This document shows positions 11,915-22,290 of a DNA stretch of 64,000 bases, one piece after another. A program made the translations under genes and the position numbers. Source of the stretch: Octopus sinensis (taxonomy: Eukaryota); NCBI RefSeq assembly GCF_006345805.1, contig NC_043006.1:86304001-86368000 (forward strand). Direction: 5' to 3'. The notes under the pieces were generated by a model. It saw nothing but the letters and a program-made list of their open reading frames with translations. It made no database searches and had not been told where the DNA came from. Within the stretch, counting starts at the first letter, position 1. Each line of letters opens with the position of its first letter.

Positions 11915-12133
11915 GGACAGACAGACGCAAGTCAAATGGGCTCCACGTAAGTTGGTATTTTTGTACGTTCAAAAGTGTATATTGACAAATATTTTGTGTT
12001 TAAAAGTTGTGCAACAACATCCACTGCAAACCTTTGATAAATATCTACACAAAATTTTGCCCCTTGTGGGCAAAATTTAGAAGAAAAAAATTCTCATAGC
12101 CTTCGTGTTTCATTTTAGCCATTTTATTTCCAA

Positions 12134-14227
12134 ATGGCCACTGGTCACCACGAGGCTGAGGTGCAAGTCAAGCGTGACGCAGAGACAGAAAAACAGGATG
12201 CTCTGTTAGCATACGCTGAACCTGACAACAACCACCTCCACCACCATCAACATCGACAACAGCACCAAATACAAACAAAGGTCGCAGGCCAAGCACCGTC
12301 AACACCCATCAGTGAGTCCACCACCACCAACACCGACAACAACACCATGGCAGAATCTGCTACTAAAACTGCTATCCCTACTAAAAACATCGCCACCAAT
12401 ACCAATACCAACATCACCATCACCGCCACCAAAGACCGTGCCGTCAATGCTACTAATACCACTAACACCACCGCCGTCACCAAGAACGACAATAACAACA
12501 CCAACAACAACAACAACAACGACGACGACAACAACAATTCCCTTCGCCCACTGCTCACTCCATCACCAACAAGTGAAAAAATAACGACGACAAGCAAACG
12601 AAATGCCGAAATTTGCGCTAATGCAGGACTAAATTACGCAGGCAATTTTCCACCCCTTGCTAGTTGCATAATCAGCAACCACAAACCTACAACCCACACC
12701 CCTGCCATCAACACCAACACACCGGCAGTAACAACAATAAAAACACAACAAACTTCGCCGAGGCGATAAAAGAAAAGGTAACAAAAGTTTCGTTTACTAC
12801 ACAACAGATTAAAGATTGCAGAAACCTTATTACAAATGAAAACGGAAAAATACTCTTACACATACCTCAACACATACTGAATGAGGAGAAAAAAAAGACA
12901 ATTGTATATAAAATCACAAATAAAAAACTAAAAGTCCAGAAAAGGCAAGCACAGACAAAGTCGAAAAGTGCTTACGCCCCATCTGGGGATACAAGGATTG
13001 TGTGACTTGGGCGAACAAGTTCGCACACGTACAGGTGGTTTTTCAGAATGAAGAGTTGGCGAAGAAATTCTCAACGATAACCCTTCATTCTGATGAACTA
13101 ACGTTGACACCGAGTTACCTCGGCCAGAAGGTGACGAAAGTCATTATCAGTGGTGTCTCCCAAGTGACTACAACACTGTGGATAACATCCGCCTTAACAT
13201 CCGAAATGGAGGACTTAAACATCCTAGATATCGGTGTTTCGGAAACAAGGACTGCTGGGAAAGAGAATAGAGTTCCTCTTCCACATAAGTCAAGAAGGAC
13301 ATAAATAAAATCCCCACCCACGTACATCTTGAGGATGGCCGCAAGTTATACGTAGTAGTCGAGGGCAGAAGGCCACGATGCTATACATGTGGCAGTGAGG
13401 CACACCTCAAAAAGGAGTGCAAATCTGCCGCAAAATTACAACAACAACAACAGCCACAGGAAAAATCACAAAAGCCAGGATTATTGCCCACACCACAATA
13501 TGGACAGCTAGTCAAGAAGCTGTATGCGGAAATGCAGGAAAAACAACAACAACAAGCCAACCCAACCAAACAACACCAACACCAGCGCCAAGAACAGAAT
13601 CATCACCACCAACAACAAATAAACCAATTCCAAACCAAGAATAACAACGAAGAAGACAAGCACCAAGGATGTAGGAGAGACAATAACCACAACAAACCCC
13701 CCAGCAACACCCCTCCCCGCGCACCACAACAATATCTACAACCGCACAAACACACCCAGACGCTTTACCCTTGCCCCCTGCTGATTCGTCAGACTTTTCA
13801 TCTAACGATGAAAGTTCGACAGAATGGCAAATAGCCACAGGGGTAAAAGAAAGATCAAGAAAACCAACAAGAAATCGCAACCAAAGCAGGGATACCTGAA
13901 CCCTGAAAACTCCATACACAACAAACAAGCACCAACACCACAAAAACAATGCTATCAGCGATAGACCCAAGACTCCAAACTAATGGAGTACATCACAGGA
14001 TACACAAACATTGTGAAGATGACTTTAAAAATAGCAATCATCACGCACTACACCCACCCAAACACATCAAAATACTACACATCACACAAACACAACACCA
14101 CAAACTCAAAGCCCTCTTCCCAAATGCTGTAGGGGTTTCCAGAAATATCTGTCCCAAAAACTATATAAAAACCTCCTCGAAGACATCAAAGAACGAGGAA
14201 GCCAAAACTTTCGACACAAGTAAGTAA
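12134..14227 (+). pseudogene. LINE ORF1 (gag-like nucleic-acid-binding protein), frameshifted
   Basis: CYTCGSEAHLKKEC (CX2CX4HX4C) at about 13375-13420; a possible RRM-like segment near 13020-13160; low-complexity T/N/Q/H termini. The end is approximate. Confidence 0.75.
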
Positions 14228-14277
14228 CTCTCTGTACTTTCATTTGTGTGTTTTAAAGCACACACCCCAATAGAATC

Positions 14278-17200
14278 ATGGTCAAGATTGGTTGTGTGAA
14301 TGCGCGTGGCTTGGGGCCTCCTTGGAACAAGGATACCTCCTAAATGACATCAAGTCACATGATTTGGGAATCATAGCCATAAGTGAGACCAGACTCCACG
14401 AGCCACGGGCCCTAGAGTCCATGTTTGGCGGACAGTTTAACATTTATTTCGTTCCCTGTCTGCCGAGGATGGGCGGTAGTGGCACCGCGGTACTTTTTCA
14501 CAAGAGCCTGGATCTCGAAGTCAAGACGATATTCGTAGACCCGGAGGGTAGACTGATCGTTCTGGATGTTGACGGCAGCAATGGGTGCGCTTTTCGACTC
14601 GTATCAGTCTACGCACCGCCCTTAACAGGTCGGGCGGATTTCTTTCGACGTCTAGAAGTATTCTTGGGAACGTCTCGTCCTTTACTCTTAGTGGGGGATT
14701 GGAATGCTACCTTGGACACGCATGTAGACTACGTGGGTAGAGACAGAAACAGAAGGGGATGCAAATGCCTCAGAGACCTGCTCAGACGATTCCACTGTCT
14801 GACAGGTACCGACTCGACCACCCAACTGCACCAACGTGGACATGGAGCAACCGCAGTGGGTCGTCGAGATCGTATCTAGATAGGATACTGTGTAGGACAG
14901 TAGACAAGGATAACTTAGATGTCCAAATTCCACACAGTCAGCTACACGGATCACAAATTGGTGACGTGTACGCTAGACTTAGATAAGGCACATAGACAGG
15001 GTCCTGGGTACTGGAAACTGAACGCATCATTCCCGTCCAGACAAGTTTTCAGAGACCGGATTAGCACACTAGTAAAGAGGGCTTTGACGGGAGCCATCAT
15101 CAACAACAAATGATGGTTTGCCCTCAAGAGAGCAGTAAAAGCAGAAGCGATTAGGTACAGCAAAGCACTAGCCACATAGAAATAGAGTAGAGGGTGAGCT
15201 AGTTAAGAAGCTAGAAGAGCAATTAGAAGCGGCATCGCATCCGACGTTTTGGCGGCGAGGTTGGCCTCGACCAACACTTCAACGCCAAACACGAAGGATG
15301 TGCTGTCAGAGCTAGGATGCGTGCTCTAAGAACGAAGGTGTTGGAGCCGCGAGAGAGGCCGGGTGGCAGAGGCGCAACAGGGCAACAAAGCCACCATTCG
15401 GTCACTGGTAGATGAACAGGGGCGCGAATTGCTCGAGCCAAGTAAAATGTGTGAGGCCTTTCAGCAGCATTTTGCCCGACTGTTCGGGACGAGTGGAGTG
15501 CAAGAACGTAGGGTGGACTTCAGTGCCTACCTACATAGCCTACCACGACTCTCGACAAGAAAGGCAGGGTGCTGCGAAGGTGTCATCACGGCGGCGGAAG
15601 TGCAGGAAGCGATAGCAGAATGCTCGAGGGACAAATCACCGGGTTTGGATGGTCTACCCTACGAGTTTTACAATTGTATGCCAGACTTGTTTGGAGACGT
15701 CTTGGCAGCGGTATACTGCAACTGGCAGCAAAACGGGAGCATACCGTTTTGTGAGTCGAGGAGTGTAACTCTGCTGAAGAAAGATCCAAACAAGGGAAAC
15801 ATTATAGATAACTTTAGACCAATCACGCTGCTCAATGCAGACCTGAAAATTTTGACAAAGGTGTTAGCCAAGAGGTTGGCGCTTGTCATGGAGAAACTGG
15901 TCGACAACGCACAAACGTGCGCCGTGAGGGCCGGAGCATCCATGACAACCTCCATCTGATGCGCTACATCATAGACAGGGTAGTTAACGAACCTGGCATG
16001 GGTGGGGCCCTGATCAACTTGGATCAATCGAAAGCCTTTGATAGGGTAGACCATCGATACTTGGAGGCAGTCCTGAGAGCGGCTGGTTTCGGTCCCGTCT
16101 TCCGCGGCTGGATAGCTGCCTTGTACAGAGGCATCCGTTCGGTAATTCGCGTAAATGGACATCTATCGAGACCTTTCGACATTGCACGTTCGGTCCGTCA
16201 GGGATGCCCCCTCTCGGCGCTTCTATACGTATTGACTCTTGAGCCACTACTGCGGAAGCTGGCGACTCTAAGGTGCATCCCGCGAGAATTGGGATGCGGG
16301 ACGAGCGTGTCTGCATACGCGGACGACGTCACCGTCATAGTGTCAAGCCACGAGCACATCGAGCGGGTCGGCGAGACACTGAAAGACTACGAAGCGGTGA
16401 CAGGAGCAAAAATCAACCGGGAAAAGTCAGTGGGCTTGCGGCTCGGCACCTGGAGAAGCAAGCCCATGCCGTCCACCAGTACCTCCGTCGTGGGACGCTG
16501 GACAGACGGCCCGGTTGAGTTGCTCGGGGTCTGGTTCGGTCCGGACCTCCAATGGAGAAGAACTGGAACGAGATAACGAGTAGGGTGGTCACTCTCGCCC
16601 AGCAATGGGCCGAGAGGAAACTGTCCCTAAAAGGTCGGGCGGAGGTGGTGAACGCGTACATCGCGTCCATCATCTACTACCGCCTGACCGTCGTACCTTG
16701 TCCCGACCCTACCATCACCAAACTAAAACGCATTCTCTTCCGCTTCTTGTGGAAAGGATGCGTCCCGATGGTCAGGTGATCCATTTGCTGTCAACACCCG
16801 TTAAAAGGAGGGCTGGGCATGCCGTGGTTGATGATGCGCAGACATGCGCTGAGACTGCGACATCTCCGGCTCAATGTAGACGACGGTGAACAGGTGTGGT
16901 CGCCGTTTGTGAGGCACGCATTCCCGCAACTCGTCTCCATGACCGAACTACAGTCGTGGATCAAAAAGAGGCCGAGGAAGGGCGAATGGCACCGCGAGTG
17001 TCGCGTTGCTCTCAAGCAACTCTGCCGTCCCGGGTCGACCTTGAGTGACTTCAACACAACCAAAGCATTCTATAGGGGATTAGTGGAGGGAGTACGACGA
17101 CGAGCTCGGGGCAAACCTGGGCGTCGACGAGGAATACCTGACCCGCCTGTTTTCAAACGACTTTCGGCCCGGGACCTATGGACAACTTCCAGAGATCCCT

Positions 17201-17699
17201 GGCCTGGCGGTGCTACCGAGAAGCGCTACCCTTTCGGGATAAGCTCTATAGGCATGGCTCGAGAAACACGGGGCCGACCTGCCCGAGATGCGGACAGAGC
17301 GACGAAACCGCTCTCCACGTAATCGTGCAGTGTCGAGCAATTTCCGACCTGTGGGCTTATGTCGAACGACTGCTGTCACGTGTGGGACGTGTCGGTTTAT
17401 CAGCTGAGTCTATCGTTAATATCGTCACGCCTCCTTCTTTCAAACGGGAAGGAAGAGCTATTTTTATCATACTTGTGGCTATGGCGAAAGAATGTATCTG
17501 GTGGACGCGCCTGAAAGGATTAGAGACAAACACTTTCCTCTCTGGTCAATCTCTCATCAACTTCTTCAAGTATCACTTGAAGAGGAAAGTGAGAGTAGAG
17601 AGGCAGGTTTTGTCTAGTGAATGTTTTAAAAAAAGATGGGTGAATGTAGCAAGGATGGCACGTATGAATGACGAAGCCACCTTGACCATGATTCTATGA
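14278..17699 (+). pseudogene. LINE ORF2: apurinic-like endonuclease, reverse transcriptase and zinc finger; multiple single-base frameshifts
   Basis: MVKIGCVNARGLG start, IIAISETR, VSVYAP, VGDWNA, SYLDRIL, TDHKLV; RT motifs QGCPLS and AYADD; CPRC...H motif. Confidence 0.92.
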
Positions 17700-18681
17700 A
17701 CCATAAAAATTAATACAGAGAGTTGCTTATTTGCAAAAAAAAAAAAAAAAAGAAATATAACATGTGACTTCATTGACCGAGGTTACCGTGGTATTTTCCG
17801 TAGGCTTTTCTTTCCACGGGTAAACCTCACCTGTCCTCCCCTTTACACTTCATATTGACATTTCTGTGATAATGATCCCTATTATTCATTTTTTTCTCTC
17901 CCCCCCCCTTTTTTAACCCCTTTCCTTTTTTTTGTCCTTTTTCCTTCCTTTTACGATCCCTTTTGATCGAAAACCACCACTCTCCTTTTTTTTTACCCCC
18001 AAAAGAAAAGCTCTACCTTGTAATTTGTTCTATCTGTGTGCAGCCCTGTGTGGCTAATAAAGAAACATATCTATCTATCTATCTATCTATCTATCTAAGG
18101 CAATAATACGTAAGATGACATATGATAATAGGGACATGCAATGGCTGTTCATGTTGACTTCCCGCCTAAACTCAATCTATAAACAGCAACTAAAAATGCA
18201 GGCCTGTTATAACTACCTGATGAAGATTGGGTGTAAGTAGTGCTTTAATCGAGTTGGTACATGCATCATAGTATAAAAATACAAACACACAAACAATTGG
18301 TGTCAGGTCTGATGGAACAGATTGCCACTAAAATGCTTGCAATGAGTTGCACCAAATGCACATCTATTCTTGAAACAGCTGTAGGTGACTACTCAATCAT
18401 CTTTCTTCTCATTCTGTGTGACCTGCCTTAACCTACTATCTAGTATCAATAATATAGACTAAGCTTATGACTGACCGTTCCGAGAGAATACCAGCATATA
18501 TGACAACCTTTATAAACATTTCTCAAGCGAAGAATGTTTATAAATGTTGTGATATATACTGGCATTTTTGTGATCTAAACTCCTGCAACATTCATTTCTA
18601 TCCTCAAGTTATATGAATGCGCAAATATATAAACGTCATAATCTGACCTGATACTAGTTGTTTGTTTGTACTTTCATTCTA

Positions 18682-18750
<69 letters not shown>

Positions 18751-19290
18751 TGTACATACATACATGTATGAATATGTAGACACACACACACATATCGGGA
18801 GAGAGTCGGAGAGAAAGAAGGAAGGGAGCGAGAAAGGGAGGAATATTCTCACACATATACCCATATACACATACATAATTATGTTCACACAACAGTCATA
18901 CATCGCAGAACAGTCATACATACATACATACACATCACACTATAGCACACACACACCCAGTAGACCTATAGCGATATACGCACACAGACATTTACATACG
19001 TAGTAACTGTTTAATGGCGATAAGCTAGGATTTTTAGGCAAAGAAAGATTTCATTGAATATCTATTATAAAAATTCAATTTCTAAATGGAATTGTAAATA
19101 TATGCAAGACTTTGTCAAAATATTCATCCGCTATTTCAACTCGAAATTTTTGTTATGAAATAGCTTGTTATTGTTGTTGTTGTCTTGCTGTTGTTGTTTT
19201 TGTTGTTATTTATATATTGTTACCGTTGTTGAAGTTATTGTTGTATTTGTTTTTGCTGTTGTTGTTGTGGCCTTTGTTATTGTTATATAT

Positions 19291-19639
19291 CTTTTATCTT
19301 TTACTTGTTTCAGTCATTTGACTGCGGCCATGCTGGGGCACCACTTGAAGAGTTTTAGTTCGAACAAATCAAACCCAGGACTTATTGTTATTTTTAAAGC
19401 CTTTAACAGCCTCTTTTGCCGAACCGATAGGTTACGGAGATGTAAACACACAAACACCGGCTGTCAAGCGGTGATGGAGGACAAACTCAGATACACACAC
19501 ACATGACCAGCTCCTTTCAGTTTCCGTCTACCAAATCCACTCACAAGGCTTTGGTCGGCCCGAGGCTATAGCAGAAGACAATTACCCAAGGTTCCCCGCA
19601 GTGGGACTGAACCCGGAACCATGTGGTTGAGAAGTAACC
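19291..19639 (-). mobile_element. Octopus-type tRNA-derived SINE (OK-like family)
   Basis: Reverse complement has GGTTCCGGGTTCAGTCCCACTGCG...GGCCGACCAAAGCCTTGTGAGTGGATTTGGTAGACGGAAACTGAAAG...GCATGGCCGCAGTCAAATGACTGAAACAAGTAAAAG, shared with several copies in the window. The family name is from recall. Confidence 0.8.
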
Positions 19640-19808
19640 AATGTACATATATATGTACACACATATATACGTATATATATATACATGCACACATACATTA
19701 TATATACATATATACTCATATATGTTAAGCATATATACGTGTTTATAGATATATAATTTTACAGGTGTATTAAAATTATATGAAATTACTTAACTATTTC
19801 GTCCTTCC

Positions 19809-19839
<31 letters not shown>

Positions 19840-20478
19840 TGTATGTATGTATGTATGTATGTATGCATGTATGTATGTATGAATGCACGTATATATGTAT
19901 GTGCGCGCGTACATGCGCGCGTGTGTGTGTGTGCGTGTGTGTGATTGTTTATGTATGCATAAAACGTTAAATTTCCTGTAACATTGAGTTTTTGGTTTCC
20001 TTTTGTCTTCAAATGTCTCTTTCTATTATCTGTACTTAAAAGTATAATAGTATATCTATTATCATAGTAAATAATTTGGTTTTCACTTAATTGGCTCCTC
20101 TCGGTAATTGCTTTGCAGGATAACAGTATTTCCAGTATAACTATGAAATAATTGTATCCATATCATTATTATACTCGCACTCGTGTGCACACTCTGACAC
20201 CCACACGCACACCCACGCACACACACACACAAAAACCTTGAATAACTCTTTATATTACATACGTCATACAACCTTATAACTGTTAGCAATCCAAAGAAGT
20301 TACACAAACTAAGCTGCGTAATACACAAAGAGTTCCCCACAAAATATGTCACCAATACATACAAAATGCTTGTCTTCATAAAACCAGAAACATTGCGCGA
20401 AAAAACTAGAGTTCCTTCTAAAGTCCATCATTAGGTAAACTCCTTACATTAATTCAAAGTCCAGGTTGTGATGTATAA

Positions 20479-20588
20479 GTACTCGGCTTACAAAGAATAA
20501 GTCCTGAGGTCGGTTTCTTCGACTAAAAAATCCTTTAAAGCGGTGCTCCAGCATGCCCTCAGTCAAATGACTGAACAAGTAAAAGAAT
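20479..20588 (+). mobile_element. SINE 3' fragment, same family
   Basis: GCTTACAAAGAATAAGTCCTG...GCGGTGCTCCAGCATG...CAGTCAAATGACTGAACAAGTAAAAG. Confidence 0.7.
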
Positions 20589-21780
20589 ATATATATATAT
20601 ATATATATGCATATGTTTTATTTATTAATATATTATATGACGAAACGCACGCATCCCTTTTTAAGTAAGATTGTTCTTGATATTAACTTTGATGCGCACT
20701 CTTAACCTTTCTGTCCCATCCCTTTTTCAGCCTTCATTCTTTGATTTCCTTTTCCTCTACTTAACTTGTCTCTCCCTCTCTCTCATTCTTCACTCTCTCT
20801 CTCTCCCTCTCTCTCATTCTTCATGGTTTCCTCACAACCATTCCCCTTCTTCTCTCCCTTTCTCTTGCTCCTCCTCCCTCCTCCCGTCGTTGACCCGCGA
20901 CGAGACTTCCGCTGCTGTCTTTCTAGCCTAACCCTCTCGAGGTGTGGACGGCCATTCTTTTTGCTCCGTTCGTCGTTCACAAAAAAATCCGCGTTCGTAA
21001 TACTTTTTTTCGTTCGGCGTTAACAGCCCTGCTTATCTTGTTTTTCCTTGTCCTGTCTTTTACTGTTTATAATTTGTACTGTCGTTACTGTCCTGTTTTT
21101 GTTACTATTTTTTACCCCTCTGCGAAAAGATCTCAGAATTTTAATTGATTTGTTTTTAGCAGGAAGGAAAGTTTCTTGTCGAAGATACCTTCGAAAGTAG
21201 ATGAAACCATAGCAACTGAAGAAGGATTTTTTTCTTTGTGTTAATTGTCCTGTACTCTATTTTTTTGTTGTTTAAAAAATGTCCAGTTCCTTGGGTTTGT
21301 GTCTATGTTTTCGTTTCTCGTTGTGTTCGACGTCTTTTTGGTGTCCTGTACTCATATATGCGTGTATATGTACATGTAGAGGTAGGTACGTACATATATG
21401 TTTATATATATGCATATGTTTTATTTATTAATATATATATATATATAAACTCCAAGAAAGTTAGGGGTTCAGGGTCCAACCCACTAAGGGATAATATCTA
21501 TCCAATATACTGTTGGTATAATACCCAATTATTAATACACAGGTGGTTTTTATTGCATTGCAATTAACTTGCCTAGTGTATTAAATGGCTGAAGGTAAAG
21601 AGATATTTTACCATTAATTTATAATGCAAATAGGAAAATGGAGGAGCACAATAGTTGGTTCATCAACAGTTTAATAATAAATAAGTTAACATTTTTATTG
21701 TCCTAAAGTTGATGAACCAACTATTGTGCGCCTCCATTTTCTTATTTGCATTTTATATATATATATATATATATATATGT

Positions 21781-21975
21781 AGTTACTCCAAACATGAACA
21801 AAGAGAAAACACAACAACGCGAGGACGTGGAACAAGTATAGTGTTATTGGACGCTCAGGAAAGGAAAGAAAGAAGGATTTAACGTTTCGAGCGGAGCTCT
21901 TCGTCAGAAACAGAAAAAGGAAAGGTCCAAGGAAGGGAAGACGGAGAAAGAAAATCACCAACGATACACACGCGG
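21781..21975 (-). mobile_element. Short non-autonomous element with a minimal hammerhead motif (21877-21911)
   Basis: Minus strand GUUU-CUGACGA-A-GAGC-UCC-GCUC-GAAAC-GUU-AAAU; homologous to 54637-54830; flanked by (TA)n and (CA)n. Confidence 0.7.
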
Positions 21976-21976
21976 T

Positions 21977-22021
<45 letters not shown>

Positions 22022-22040
22022 ACACACACACATATATATA

Positions 22041-22227
22041 GGAGAATTTGTTGTTGGAAATGCATCTGAATTGGAAAAAACTTGTAATTGTTTTAAAATA
22101 AATTAATTTATATACATACCAAACTTGTTTCAACAGATGTTTTTCAAATTAGTATGTATATAAATAAGTTTATTCAAAAACAGTTACAAGTTTTCAAATT
22201 CAGGTGCATTTTCAAAAAAAATTCTCC
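22041..22227. repeat. Foldback or MITE-like element with ~75-bp imperfect inverted arms
   Basis: GGAGAATT...GAAATGCATCTGAATT...TATATACATAC pairs with GTATGTATATA...AATTCAGGTGCATTTTC...AATTCTCC. Confidence 0.65.
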
Positions 22228-22290
22228 TGATATTTTTTCCTGCGTGGAAATACATCCATTATATATATGTATATATATATATATATATAT

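Larger units (their letters stand above)
11915..18067 (+). mobile_element. Tx1-clade LINE copy 4, apparently full length (~6.15 kb)
   Basis: 5' UTR, ORF1 with a CCHC knuckle, ORF2 with APE, RT and zinc finger, then a 3' UTR; (TCTA)n on both sides (18068-18096 downstream). Confidence 0.93.
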
